Assembly: GCA_964016885.1 (NCBI GenBank)
Contig: OZ024741.1
Coordinates: 165,044,001-165,108,000, forward strand
Direction: 5' to 3'
Length of the DNA stretch: 64,000 nucleotides
Origin: Eledone cirrhosa
Taxonomy: Eukaryota
Positions within the stretch are counted from its first letter, which is position 1, and each line of letters begins with the position of its first letter. The position numbers and the translations under genes are program-made. Below are positions 26,001-40,233 of this stretch, one piece after another. The notes below the pieces were generated by a model. It was given only the letters and a program-made list of their open reading frames with translations, was not told where the DNA came from and made no database searches.

Positions 26001-29000
26001 ATAGGAACAGTAGGAACAAGACTAATAACTGTTATAGGAACAGTAGGAACAAGACTAATAACTGTTATAGGAACAGTAGGAACAAGACTAATAACTGTTA
26101 TAGGAACAGTAGGAACACGACTAATAACTGTTATAGGAACAGTAGGAACAAGACTAATAACTGTTATAGGAACAGTAGGAACAAGACTAATAACTGTTAT
26201 AGGAACAGTAGGAACAAGACTAATAACTGTTATAGGAACAGTAGGAACAAGACTAATAACTGTTATAGGAACAAGACTAATAACTGTTATAGGAACAGTA
26301 GTAACAAGACTAATAACTGTTATAGGAACAGTAGGAACACGACTAATAACTGTTATAGGAACAGTAGGAACGAGACTAATAACTGTTATAGGAACAGTAG
26401 GAACACGACTAATAACTATTATAGGAACAGTAGGAACAAGACTAATAACTGTTATAGGAACAGTAGGAACAAGACTAATAACTGTTATAGGAACAGTAGG
26501 AACACGACTAATAAATGTTATAGGAACAGTAGGAACAAGACTAATAACTGTTATAGGAACAGTAGGAACACGACTAATAACTGTTATAGGAACAGTAGGA
26601 ACAAGACTAATAACTGTTATAGGAACAGTAGGAACAAGACTAATAACTGTTATAGGAACAGTAGGAACAAGACTAATAACTGTTATAGGAACAGTAGAAA
26701 CAAGACTAATAACTGTTATAGGAACAGTAGGAACACAACTAATAACTGTTATAGGAACAGTAGGAACAAGACTAATAACTGTTATAGGACCAGTAGGAAC
26801 AAGACTAATAACTGTTATAGGAACAGTAGGAACAAGACTAATAACTGTTATAGGAACAGTAGGAACACGACTAATAACTGTTATAGGAATAGTAGGAAGA
26901 AGACTAATAACTGTTATAGGAACAGTAGGAACAAGACTAATAACTGTTATAGGAACAGTAGGAACAAGACTAATAACTGTTATAGGAACAGTAGGAACAA
27001 GACTAATAACTGTTATAGGAACAGTAGGAACACGACTAATAACTGTTATAGGAACAGTAGAAACAAGACTAATAACTGTTATAGGAACAGTAGGAACACG
27101 ACTAATAACTGTTATAGGAACAGTAGGAACAAGACTAATAACTGTTATAGGAACAGTAGGAACAAGACTAATAACTGTTATAGGAACAGTAGGAACAAGA
27201 CTAATAACTGTTATAGGAACAGTAGGAACAAGACTAATAACTGTTATAGGAACAGTAGGAACAAGACTAATAACTATTATAGGAATAGTAGGAACAAGTC
27301 TAACTGTTAAAGGAACAGTAGGAACACGACTAATAACTGTTATAGGAACAGTAGGAACACGACTAATAACTGTTATAGGAACAGTAGGAACAAGACTAAT
27401 AACTGTTATAGGAACAGTAGGAACATGACTAATAACTGTTATAGGAACATTAGGAACAAGACTAATAACTGTTATAGGAACAGTAGGAACACGACTAATA
27501 ACTGTTATAGGAACAGTAGGAACGAGACTAATAACTGTTATAGGAACAGTAGGAACAAGACTAATAACTGTTATAGGGAAAGTAGGAACAAGACTAATAA
27601 CTGTTATAGGAACAGTAGGAACAAGACTAATAACTGTTATAGGAACAGTAGGAACAAGACTAATAACTGTTATAGGAACAGTAGGAACAAGACTAATAAC
27701 TGTTATAGGAACAGTAGGAACAAGACTAATAACTGTTATAGGAACAGTAGGAACACGACTAATAACTGTTATAGGAACAGTAGGAACAAGACTAATAACT
27801 GTTGTAGGAACAAGACTAATAACTGTTATAGGAACAGTAGGAACAAGACTAATAACTGTTATAGGAACAGTAGGAACAAGACTAATAACTGTTATAGGAA
27901 CAAGACTAATAACTGTTATAGGAACAGTAGGAACAAGACTAATAACTGTTATAGGAACAGTAGGAACACGACTAATAACTATTATAGGAACAGTAGGAAC
28001 AAGACTAATAACTGTTATAGGAACAGTAGGAACAAGACTAATAACTGTTATAGGAACAGTAGGAACACGACTAATAACTGTTATAGGAACAGTAGGAACA
28101 AGACTAATAACTGTTATAGGAACAGTAGGAGCACGACTAATAACTGTTATAGGAACAGTAGGAACAAGACTAATAACTGTTATAGGAACAGTAGGAACAA
28201 GACTAATAACTGTTATAGGAACAGTAGGAACACGACTAATAACTGTTATAGGAACAAGACTAATAACTGTTATAGGAACAGTAGGAACAAGACTAATAAC
28301 TGTCATAGGAACAGTAGGAACAAGACTAATAACTGTTATAGGAACAGTAGGAACAAGACTAATAACTGTTATAGGAACAGTAGGATCAAGACTAATAACT
28401 ATTATAAGAACAGTAGGAACAAGACTAATAACTGTTATAGGAACAGTAGGAACACGACTAATAACTGTTATAGGAACAGTAGGAACAAGACTAATAACTG
28501 TTATAGGAACAGTAGGAACAAGACTAATAACTGTTATAGGAACAGTAGGAACAAGACTAATAACTGTTATAGGAACAGTAGGAACAAGACTAATAACTGT
28601 TATAGGAACAGTAGGAACACGACTAATAACTGTTATAGGAACAGTAGGAACAAGACTAATAACTGTTATAGGAACAGTAGGAACAAGACTAATAACTGTT
28701 ATAGGAACAGTAGGAACAAAACTAATAACTATTATAGGAATAGTAGGAACAAGACTAACTGTTAAAGGAACAGTAGGAACACGACTAATAACTGTTATAG
28801 GAACAGTAGGAACACGACTAATAACTGTTATAGGAACAGTAGGAACAAGACCTTATAACTGTTATAGGAACATTAGGAACAAGACTAATAACTGTTATAG
28901 GAACAGTAGGAACACGACTAATAACTGTTATAGGAACAGTAGGAACACGACTAATAACTGTTATAGGAACAGTAGGAACACGACTAATAACTGTTATAGG

Positions 29001-31500
29001 AACAGTAGGAACACGACTAATAACTGTTATAGGAACAGTAGGAACACGACTAATAACTGTTATAGGAACAGTAGGAACACGACTAATAACTGTTATAGAA
29101 ACAGTAGGAACACGGCTAATAACTGTTATAGGAACAGTAGGAACACGACTAATAACTGTTATAGGAACAGTAGGAACAAGACTAATAACTGTTATAGGAA
29201 CAGTAGGAACAAGACTAATAACTGTTATAGGAACAGGATGAATATAACTGCTAACTGTTATAGGAACAGTAGGAACACGACTAATAACTGTTATAGGAAC
29301 AGTAGGAACAAGACTAATAACTGTTATAGGAACAGTAGGAACAAGACTAATAACTGTTATAGGAACAGTAGGAACAAGACTAATAACTATTATAGGAATA
29401 GTAGGAACAAGACTAACTGTTAAAGGAACAGTAGGAACACGACTAATAACTGTTATAGGAACAGTAGGAACAAGACTAATAACTGTTATAGGAAAAGTAG
29501 GAACAAGACTAATAACTGTTATAGGAACAGTAGGAACACGACTAATAACTATTATAGGAACAGTAGGAACAAGACTAATAACTGTTATAGGAACAGTAGG
29601 AACAAGACTAATAACTGTTATAGGAACAGTAGGAACAAGACTAATAACTGTTATAGGAACAGTAGGAACACGACTAATAACTGTTATAGGAACAGTAGGA
29701 ACAAGACTAATAACTGTTATAGGAACAGTAGGAACAAGACTAATAACTGTTATAGGAACAGTAGGAACAAGACTAATAACTGTTATAGGAACAGTAGGAA
29801 CAAGACTAATAACTGTTATAGGAACAGTAGGAACAAGACTAATAACTGTTATAGGAACAGTAGGAACAAGACTAATAACTGTTATAGGAACAGTAGGAAC
29901 ACGACTAATAACTGTTATAGGAACAGTAGGAACGAGACTAATAACTGTTATAGGAACAGTAGGAACAAGACTAATAACTGTTATAGGAAAAGTAGGAACC
30001 AGACTAATAACTGTTATAGGAACAGTAGGAACCAGACTAATAACTGTTATAGGAACAGTAGGAACAAGACTAATAACTGTTATAGGAAAGTAGGAACAAG
30101 ACTAATAACCGTTATAGGAACAGTAGGAACAAGACTAATAACTGTTATAGGAACAGTAGGAACACGACTAATAACTGTTATAGGAACAGTAGGAACAAGA
30201 CTAATAACTGTTATAGGAACAGTAGGAACAAGACTAATAACTGTTATAGGAACAGTAGGAACAAGACTAATAACTGTTATATGAACAGTAGGAACACGAC
30301 TAATAACTGTTATAGGAACAGTAGGAACGAGACTAATAACTGTATAGGAACAGTAGGAACACGACTAATAACTATTATAGGAACAGTAGGAACAAGACTA
30401 ATAACTGTTATAGGAACAGTAGGAACAAGACTAATAACTGTTATAGGAACAGTAGGAACACGACTAATAACTGTTATAGGAACAGTAGGAACAAGACTAA
30501 TAACTCTTATAGGAACAGTAGGAACAAGACTAATAACTGTTATAGGAACAGTAGGAACACGACTAATAACTGTTATAGGAACAGTAGGAACAAGACTAAT
30601 AACTGTTATAGGAACAGTAGGAACAAGACTAATAACTGTTATAGGAACAGTAGGAACAAGACTAATAACTGTTATAGGAACAGTAGGAACAAGACTAATA
30701 ACTGTTATAGGAACAGTAGGAACAAGACTAATAACTGTTATAGGAACAGTAGAAACAAGACTAATAACTGTTATAGGAACAGTAGGAACACAACTAATAA
30801 CTGTTATAGGAACAGTAGGAACAAGACTAATAACTGTTATAGGAACAGTAGGAACAAGACTAATAACTGTTATAGGAACAGTAGGAACAAGACTAATAAC
30901 TGTTATAGGAACAGTAGAAACACGACTAATAACTGTTATAGGAACAGTAGGAACAAGACTAATAACTGTTATAGGAACAGTAGGAACAAGACTAATAACT
31001 GTTATAGGAACAGTAGGAACAAGACTAATAACTGTTATAGGAACAGTAGGAACAAGACTAATAACTGTTATAGGAACAGTAGGAACAAGACTAATAACTG
31101 TTATAGGAACAGTAGGAACACGACTAATAACTGTTATAGGAACAGTAGGAACAAGACTAATAACTGTTATAGGAACAGTAGGAACAAGACTAATAACTGT
31201 TATAGGAACAGTAGGAACAAGACTAATAACTGTTATAGGAACAGTAGGAACAAGACTAATAACTGTTATAGGAACAGTAGGAACAAGACTAATAACTGTT
31301 ATAGGAACAGTAGGAACAAGACTAATAACTGTTATAGGAACAGTAGGAACAAGACTAATAACTGTTATAGGAACAGTAGGAACACGACTAATAACTGTTA
31401 TAGGAACAGGATGAATATAACCGTTAACTGTTATAGGAGCATGATGACTATAATAACTGTTATAGGAACAGTAACAATGCAATTGACAACTGTTATAGGT
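20075..31500. repeat. 33-bp minisatellite, ~340 units, consensus ATAACTGTTATAGGAACAGTAGGAACAAGACTA
   Basis: Directly visible, with 30-bp and 24-bp variants and diverged units at both edges. It generates the VPTVPITVISL, NNCYRNSRNKT and ITVIGTVGTRL ORFs. Confidence 0.98.
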
Positions 31501-31619
31501 AAAAAAGTTAAAGGGGACTTAATTCTTGATGGAGTCGTGGCGATACCATCTTGACACATTTTAAATTTGGCGGAGCTTCAGAACACAGCTGATTTCTTTG
31601 AGAGAGAGTGTGTGTAGCA

Positions 31620-31654
<35 letters not shown>

Positions 31655-32025
31655 TGCACGAGTGTGTGTGTGAGAGAGAGAGAGCATGAGTGTGTGTGAG
31701 AGAGAGAGAGAGAGAGAATCAAACCTAGTATTGGTATGGTAGTTTATTTATCAACCTTGAAGGGATGAAAGACAATGTTAACTGTGGCAGTATTTGAACT
31801 CAGAGTACAGTTGCTGGAACAAATACTGAGACATTTTTAATCTGACAGCCTAAGGACTCTGCTAATCCCCTGCCATACTGTTACAGAAGCTGTATAAATA
31901 GGTGTGACAACTGTTATAGGGTAAGATACAGTGTATTACTAGATATATCACAGATATATCAATGAAAACAAGTTCTAAACGAAATGAGAGAGATTGCTAT
32001 CAATATATTATTATTATTATTATAA

Positions 32026-32420
32026 GGGCGGTGGATTGGCAGTATCAGTAGAGGGTCGGGCGCCATGCTTTGAAGCATAGAGTTACCTCCCTTTATGATC
32101 TGAGTTCAAATCCTGCCGAAGTTAACTTTGCCTTTCATCCTTACGGGGTCGATAAAATAAAGTACCAGTAATGTACTGGGATAATTGCTGGCCTGGTGCC
32201 AAAAGTAGAAACAATTATTATTATTAGGACGGTGGATTGGCAGTATCGGTAGAGGGTCGGATGCCATTCTTTGACGCATAGAGTTTCGGCCCTTGCTATT
32301 CTGAGTTCAAATCCCGCCGAGGTTAACTTTGTCTTTCATCCTTATGGGGTCGATAAAATAAAGTACCAGTAAAGCACTGGGTAATTGCTGGCCTTGTGCC
32401 AAACGTAGAAACAATTATTT
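32026..32420 (+). mobile_element. Two head-to-tail tRNA-derived SINEs
   Basis: Same family as 1806-2870. Copies at 32026 and 32227 are separated by an (ATT)n tail. Confidence 0.92.
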
Positions 32421-32433
32421 TATTCTTTCAACT

Positions 32434-32641
32434 TTAACCATTTAGCATTTAAACCGGCCATATCCGACCAGAATTCTCTCACTTCTTTCTGTTCAAACCG
32501 ACTGTAACTGGCTGCTCATATTGATGTTAAGGTATTGTTCTCAAAATGAATAATATCAAAATCTTGATATTATGTGAGGTAAAGCCTTTACCATGAAAAT
32601 ATAATAGTAAATATAGAATAATGTAAATGCTAACGGGTTAA
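32434..32641 (+). mobile_element. piggyBac-like MITE family A
   Basis: TTAA|ccatttagcattt ... aaatgctaacggg|TTAA. Confidence 0.9.
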
Positions 32642-32978
32642 ACATAGTCCCATTATATATGGTGGTATTAGCTGTTTGAACTCCAAGTTTTTATTCTCAT
32701 TGACAAACTAATTTTGATAACTGTTCCAGTTTATTGTAAAACTGCAGAAAAATATATACATATATATAAAAAATCAAAATGATTCTTTGGGTGTGTCAAA
32801 AACATGACAACTTCCCTAGAGCTGGTGCCATGATAACATGCACCTGGTACAGTCTACATAGTGTTTAAATGTATGTAAGCAAGATGTAGCTTCTAGCCCA
32901 TCTTAGAAGTCAGGGACATTGGTTACTGATTAGGTCTGTGGCAACACCATCAACTCTTGCTAGCAGGGAAAATGAACA

Positions 32979-33192
32979 TTAATCCTTTAGCTTTTAAACC
33001 GAGAATTTGACCAGAATTTTCTCACCTCTTTCTGTTCAAACTCTCTGTAACTGACCACTCATACTTATGTTAGGGTATTATTCTCAAAATGAATAATATC
33101 AAAATCTTGTAGATTCGATATCATGTGAGATAAAGCCTTTATCGTGAAAATACAATAATATATATAGAGTAATGTAAACGCTAAAGGGTTAA
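32979..33192 (+). mobile_element. piggyBac-like MITE family A
   Basis: TTAA|tcctttagctttt ... aaacgctaaaggg|TTAA; internal sequence matches the other copies. Confidence 0.88.
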
Positions 33193-34892
33193 ATGATGAG
33201 GATGGTGATGAAATAAAACAAAAACGAACAAAAAGATACAAAATAATCTAACAAAAAAGATATAACAGTTTCAACTAGAAATTCACCATTTTCTCTTTTT
33301 CCTTTCTTCTTTTCCTTTAAAGACAGGAATATCCATCAAACGTAAATAGAAGCAAAAAAAAAAAAAAGTTTGGGCAATAATCGAAAATGTTACTTAAAAC
33401 TAAAAGCGCCCCAAGTATTTAATAAAACTGTCATGTCAGATGAGCTTGGTTAAGTCCAAAAAATGAAACTTCATATCATGTTTAATTTAAATATTTCTAT
33501 TGAATCTTATCTACAATAACTGACTTGGTCAATTGATTCTTATGTCTTCTTTTTCGTTAGTTGTTTTAGTTCTTTGTTCTTTGACTGATAGAATCTAAAC
33601 TAATAAGTCAAATAGATATCCTTGCCATTTATATTAATGTACCCCCCCCCCCCTCTCTCCACCACCCCTGTAATATCTCTTTTGCATAAATCAATCAATA
33701 GCTAATATATTTAAAGGTTCATATTTGAAATCAATATGAAAGACAAAACAAAATAATAATGATATAAAAAGGACAAAAACTATGACTTGCAGAAGTAAAA
33801 TAAATGTAACATGTTTATACTGTAAATAGAAGCAAGAAATAAATAAATATAAAGCTTAAGAAAATAATGTTTATTTCAAGTAATGATCATGTCAGCAAAT
33901 TTCTGATCTATGTGTCTCTGAAGATGTATTTATAATTCACTGATTTCACAGGAAGATTAGAGATATAGCCATAGAGAACAGTGGTAAACATTGACATTGT
34001 TCTAGACTCTCCATAGCAGATGATATTCTGAGTGGCTGTTGGTTAAAAGCTGTTTATGAGAAGACATTAGGAAGCTTTTTTTTTTTCCCAGATGTAACAT
34101 GTATCTGTTAAGTCAATTCCTTGCCCCCCCCCCCCCCAAAAAAAAACCCCAAAAGAAATACTGCAGCATGCATACGTACATACATACATGCATACACACA
34201 CACACATATACATGCATGATGACAGATAGTCGTGGTTTCTTGCTCTATTTTTTAATTCATATGTATCACATTCGCAACAATGCAGCACGCCATTTTTCAT
34301 ACACACACATATACTTACATACATACATACACACACACAAACATACATACATACATGAATGCACACACACACAGATATACATACATACATACATACATAC
34401 ATGCATGCACACATACACACACACACACGTACATACATAAATACATACATACATAATCATCAGCATTTTCCCAACTTCTTTTTCCATGATGGAATGGAAT
34501 GGATTGGATGAGATGTTTTGAAGCAGTGAGCTATAGCTAGTTGCTATTCCAGATGCTAATCCTTAATATATGTGGCGTTAAGATGGTGGTGGTGATGATG
34601 GTATATATATATATATATATTCATGTGTGTGCGTGTGTGTAAATATATATATGTATGCTGCGAGGCAAGTTGTGTCAGGTGACCGTGTCTCGCTCAAATA
34701 GGGGTGTTTCTGGCTGCTTTTCTATGGATGGATGCCAACCACATTTACAGTGTATATATATATCATCATCATCATCATCATTTAACGTCCATCTTCCACG
34801 CTAGCATGGGTCTGATATATATATATAGTTCCCGTCCCACCCTTGCAAGCAGGGAAAAGCGGACGTAAAATGATGATGATGATATATACATA

Positions 34893-35610
34893 TGTCGGGT
34901 CACTCTTGAGTGCTATTGGTAACATGTAACCCAGTACAACTTGTCGCATGGTCGGGTCGTCGGCGACTAAACCGGCAACCCCACCAAGTTTACTTGGTGA
35001 GGAGGGTGATTGGACACCCTGCAGGACAAAAAACAAAACCTGACAAAGGGCGGAAGAACTCATAAGAGTCAACGGCCATCCAAAAGTGTGTAAATATGTA
35101 TATACACATGTATATAAATATAAATATGTATATACAGATGTACATATGTATGTATATATATATGTATATACAGATGTACATATGTATATGTATATGTATA
35201 TACAGATGTACATATGTATGTATATGTATATACAGATATACATATGTATGTATATGTATATTTGTATATGCATAGGTGCATGTGTATGAGCAGGGACATA
35301 GAAATAGTTGGGCTGGACACCCGATCACACGGTTAAACCACTTTGTCAGGGCATTCTTCCAGGAGAAGGCAACTCAGGAAACTGGGATAACTCCGATATA
35401 AAACCTGCAGCTCAGTAGTTACCGATGATGTTGATCTTTTCTTCTTTTCGGGTTATTGCTTCTGTCGCTCAGAGAGTGGGATTGGCTCAGTGCACAGTCT
35501 TTCCTCACTTTAAAAATTATGTTCACGCACAGCATTACATGATAGAATTAATTAATAATTATTAATAATGGTATAACGTGCAATAGCCATACTCGATAAC
35601 GAGGGGGCAG
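34893..35610 (+). mobile_element. Two GC-richer repeat fragments (34893-35085 and 35290-35610), possibly RTE 5'UTR-derived, split by a microsatellite
   Basis: Composition shift inside (TA)n/(TATG)n. The motifs ggttaaaccact..ccaggagaaggcaactc and cctcactttaaaaa resemble RTE 5' regions as I remember them. Confidence 0.3.
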
Positions 35611-35921
35611 CCATTATATATATATATCACTACATCACACAAAACAGCTACATGTTAACAAACAACACAAACAAAATTAAGAAAGACAAGAGAAAGAAAA
35701 CCTGAATTCCATTAACTCTTAACTTTCTGTACTAGATGAAACCACATTAGTAAGACATGTGTAAAGTACGGAACAGCACATTGTTTGCATCACATTAGAA
35801 ATTTATGTATTTACTCCAATATTGCAAAATGTTCACAATGATCGATCAAGTAGTAAATACACTATAAACATTTAAATCAAATCTGTTTTTTAGATATTTT
35901 CTACTAAAATATTGCAAGACA

Positions 35922-36343
35922 TTAACCCTTTAGCATTTAAAGCAGCTGTATCCGGTTAGAATTCTATAACATCTTTCTGTTGAAACCAGCTGTAACTGGC
36001 CAATCATACTTATGTTAAAGTATTGTTTTCAACATAAATAATATCAAAATTTCATAGATTTAATATAATTGTTTACATTAATATAATTGTCTACATTTGG
36101 CACAAGGTCAGCAATTATCCCAGTGTATTACTGGTGCTTTATTTTATCGACCCCGTAAGGATGAAAGGCAAAGTTAATCTCGGCGGGATTTGAACTCAGA
36201 CCATAAAAGGACGTAACTATTTGCTGCAAAGCATGGCATCTGACCCTCTACCGATACTGCCAGTGGGATAATTATGTAAGGTAAAACCTTTACCGCGAAA
36301 ATACAGAAGTATATATAGAGTAATGTAAATGCTACAGGGTTAA
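35922..36343 (+). mobile_element. piggyBac-like MITE family A with a nested near-full-length antisense SINE (~36085-36262)
   Basis: TTAA|ccctttagcattt ... aaatgctacaggg|TTAA. The SINE interrupts the same internal region as in the 10115 copy. Confidence 0.88.
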
Positions 36344-36512
36344 GGGCTAATAAAATGGAATATAAGCCTGTGATTGTCCGTTATTTTACATATTTTCTTA
36401 CTGAGGTCTAAAATATGATGTAGTATAAAGTTATCTACCGTAAAGGACCATAACTCTATGCTGCAAAGCATGGCGTCCAATCCTCTACCGATACTGCCAA
36501 TCCACCGCCCTC

Positions 36513-36547
<35 letters not shown>

Positions 36548-36549
36548 AT

Positions 36550-36965
36550 AATAATAAAATAATAATGAAATTATGGTGTACAGTGCTCAGGTGCATTACA
36601 GTACATAGAATAATGTACAAATGTCAGGATAGTTAACAGTGTATGAGTCATGATATACATGTGTGCATAGGTATAGTGGGGTGTATCAGGTGTAGTGTTG
36701 GTGAATTTCAGGAAGCATGGAGGTTTTAAAGGATGCACTGTCTAGGCAGCTAACAACTGATGCAGGTAGTTTGTACCATGCTTCCGCAACTCTGAGCATG
36801 AAAAAATGTTTCTGAAAGTCATGGGAGCTGTGCTGTTTTCTGACTTTGTAGGCATGCCCACGTGTGTTAGACACATGGAAATCAAAAATGAGCTCAGGGG
36901 TGTTGTTGGTAATATGGTTAATAATTTTGTGGGTGTTTACCAAGTCAGATATAGTCCTGTAAAAG
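36550..36965 (-). mobile_element. CR1-clade LINE 3' fragment
   Basis: Minus strand DLVNTHKII..SNTRGHAYKV..KHFFMLRVAEAWYKLPASVV..SFK, the typical CR1 C-terminus, followed by a 3'UTR and (ATT)n. Confidence 0.85.
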
Positions 36966-37001
36966 TCATATATATGAGTGTGTGTGGATATACATATATA
37001 T

Positions 37002-37205
37002 ATAGGAACGAGTAGGACCCCAACAGCTGAGCTCAAGCCGTTTCGACGGCTAATTCTGGACTATTTTTAGTCCAAATTAGCCTTCAAAACGGCTTGAGCT
37101 CAGCCGTCGGGGTCCTACTCGTTCCTATTACCCACTCTACTACCCTAAGTATTGAGTACTTTAGTGCGTTATGGTCCATCTGGTTCCTTACCATATTTCC
37201 TTCGT
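37002..37205 (+). mobile_element. Hairpin-plus-tail repeat family, copy 2
   Basis: Fold-back 37002-37128 (ataggaacgagtaggacccc / ggggtcctactcgttcctat) with the same tail as 13549-13625. A degenerate antisense third copy lies at ~49580-49680. Confidence 0.8.
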
Positions 37206-37210
37206 TATAT

Positions 37211-37443
37211 ATATTGAAAGAGTGAAGAATAACATGGCCAACAGTACAAAAAATGGTTTTATTTACAGTATTAACAATTGTTTCACTGATTAAGTTGTCT
37301 AAAAATTGCTGAACACTTGAAGCTGTGCCACTCAATTTTAAATACGATGTTAGCTTAACCAGATCATCAGAAAGGACTGTTAATACTGTAAATAAAACCC
37401 TTTTTTGTACTGTTGACCATGTTATTCTTCACTCTTTCAATAT
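37211..37443 (-). ncRNA. Inverted repeat (~66-bp arms) enclosing a damaged hammerhead ribozyme core
   Basis: Minus strand: CUGAUGA (37370-37364), stem II cugguuaag/cuuaaucag with a long loop, GAAA (37284-37281), palindromic CAAUUG, then UU. Proximal stem I is disrupted. Confidence 0.5.
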
Positions 37444-38404
37444 TATTACTCCAAGATAAACTTACATAGGAATTCAAGAGAACTCACAAACTCGCCACCT
37501 ATGGAAACCTCTTGTTGAGTCAAACAACACTGTATGCTAAAACTACCCACAATACGAAGTATTCACAACCTCTAACTGGATTACCTATAACGATCTTTTG
37601 TTATCCCTTATATATATATATATAATATATATATATATATATGAGTGCGTGTGTCTGGGAGAAGGTGCTGGATTAAATGTTTGAATCAGGGGTTCCCAAA
37701 CTTCATTTGTGTCATCTTCCACTTTAACATGGAAAAATTTACCACTGCCCACCCGTATATTAAATATTCAAAACTACTTGAAAAACGTTCGGTATAAGTT
37801 ACTGGTTTGTTATTTCCATTTAACCTCCTGCTTTAAAAAATTTTTTTTTTTTATTATATAGGTTCTTTGAATATCACCTTTGAATATTTTAGGGGTTAGT
37901 ATATGTTTAAATACCTTCTTAATACTCAAAATGATAACAGTATTTTAGGGTAAAAGCTTGTGTGGGGTGATCACATAGTGATGACTGCAATTTAGAATAA
38001 AAGCTTTATGTATGATGATTGGAGACTAATACACACTCACACATATACACATACAGCACATTCATACATATACACATACAGCACATTCATACATATACAC
38101 ATCCGCGCATATACATGACTGCATAAGTCATTTTCTTACCTCTGTACACGCAAGTCACACATATATATAAACAAGCACACAAACATGATCTTGCATACAT
38201 CTACAAACACAAATACAAATACAAAACACGCACACACACACAAACATGCATGCACATACACATACAACCATTGGAGAGTTAAAACTTTTTTTAATTAAAT
38301 CTATTTTTGTAAATCTTTTAACAACGAATGAAATTTAATGTATGTATGTATATATATATATATACATGGATATGTATACATATATTAACTATCAATAAAT
38401 GTTA

Positions 38405-38458
<54 letters not shown>

Positions 38459-38568
38459 AGTGTGTGTGTGTGCGTGTGGCTGCACGTTTATGCATGTATT
38501 TGTGTATATAAGTATGGATGGATGTATCACTGTATGTGTACGCTTATATGTGCATATGTGTCTGCTTA

Positions 38569-38622
<54 letters not shown>

Positions 38623-38753
38623 GGAGTTGTATTTAATTTGTTGGAATTCCGACAAACATATATGTTTATAACTGATATAGAGCACTCAACAAGTTACTGG
38701 AGTAAATATTCCAAGATAATAATAAATGGAAACTATATTTATAAAACCATATT

Positions 38754-38818
38754 TATTTTATTATATATATTTCAAGGGCGACCAAGCAAATATTGGTGCG
38801 CTTTCATCAGATAAAATA
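38754..38818 (-). ncRNA. Minimal type I hammerhead ribozyme (mirror copy)
   Basis: Reverse complement reads UAUUUUAU CUGAUGA aagcgcaccaauauuugcuuggucgcccuu GAAA UAUAUA UA AUAAAAUA. Confidence 0.8.
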
Positions 38819-39695
38819 CAAAATTTGTTTTATAAATAATGACATACCCATGGAAATCACACCTTAACGGTCCAAAGATTCGTTGGATAGTGGAGACTTA
38901 TTAGGGATAATACAAAGTTATGTGTGAATATGCAAATGAATTTATGAAAAATTGAAAAAACAACCATTTATTTAAATTACGCTGGGGGAGGATGAGAAGA
39001 AAGAGAGAGCGAATAAATATTTTTAAGTATTTTAGAATAATTTTAAACATTTTAAATAGTTTATTTTTTAAAAAGGTTTTTTTGGAGTATCTTTTGAGAT
39101 TCTTAAAAATTTTTTAAAAACTTTTTCCAGAAATTTTTTCCAGAACTTTTAATAATTTTTATATTATTTACTTTTTAATATTTTCTAATATTTTTACATT
39201 TTTAATATTTTTTAATATTTCTTAATATTTTTGTAATATAACCAATAACTAATTCTGGCTAAATATATCTTTCAAAACTTATATCTTCGTCAAAATGGTC
39301 TCATACTAACTAATAAATAAACAAAATTGGGATTTTCACTATCTTCCCAATTTAAAATATTTAAAATATTAGAAACATATAAATATTCATATTAACTCAG
39401 TTAATTTAATTACTTACACTAAATATAAATATAAACCAGTATCTCTCATAAATTATTAAAATAATTATCTATAACAGAATATACCTATATATCCACTCAC
39501 ATATCCTCTATTCATATATCTATTCTTCTATCTGTAATTTTCATTTATTTTCTACTTATCAATTTATTTTTCAATATATATTATTATATTTTCAATATAT
39601 ATTCTTATATATATATTTACTTTTTCTATATGTCTATTTTTTTTCTATATATATATTTTTCTTTTTACCTATAAAACTTAATATTATATTGTATT

Positions 39696-39880
39696 TGGAT
39701 TGGCAGTATTGGGAGAAGGTCGGACGCCATGCTTTGACGTATAGAGTTACGGCCCTTGCCATTCTGAGTTCAAATCCCGCCAAGGTTAACTTTCCCTTTA
39801 ATCCTTACGGGGTCGATAAAATAAAGTACCAGTAATGCACTGAGTTATTGCTGGCCTTGTGCCTAACGTAGAAACAATTA
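39696..39880 (+). mobile_element. tRNA-derived SINE inserted in the spacer of the inverted element
   Basis: Same A box, B box, core and 3' end as the 1806 copy. Confidence 0.9.
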
Positions 39881-40233
39881 TATTAGAATTCTAACAACAA
39901 AATAATTACTAAATATATGTAACTCTAATATAAATTTAAGACTTATTTACGTTATATGAGTTCATCCTCTGTTAAATTTCTCTCTTCTCTCTATTTTTTT
40001 ATATATCTCATAACAATAATTTTTTTCGCTCTCTCTTTCTTCTCATCCTCCCCCAGCGTAATTTAAATAAACGGTTGTTTTTTAAATTTTTTAAATTTTT
40101 AAATTTTTCATAAATTCATTTGCATATTCACACATAACTCTGTATTACCCCTAAGTCTCCACTATCCAGCGAATGTTCGGACCGTTAAGGTGTCATTTCC
40201 ATGGGTATGTCATTATTTATAAAACAAATTTTG

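Noticed and set aside
20168-31482. Giant ORFs (2712 aa VPTVPITVISL; NNCYRNSRNKT; ITVIGTVGTRL) as protein genes
   Set aside because: They are translations of a 33-bp unit that is open in several frames on both strands. The start codons are chance point variants and there is no unique flanking domain.
20075-31500. CRISPR array
   Set aside because: The units are contiguous with no unique spacers, there are no cas genes, and the context is eukaryotic.
37687-37790. Complete hAT MITE starting caggggttcccaaact
   Set aside because: Only one terminus was found, with no matching right TIR or TSD.
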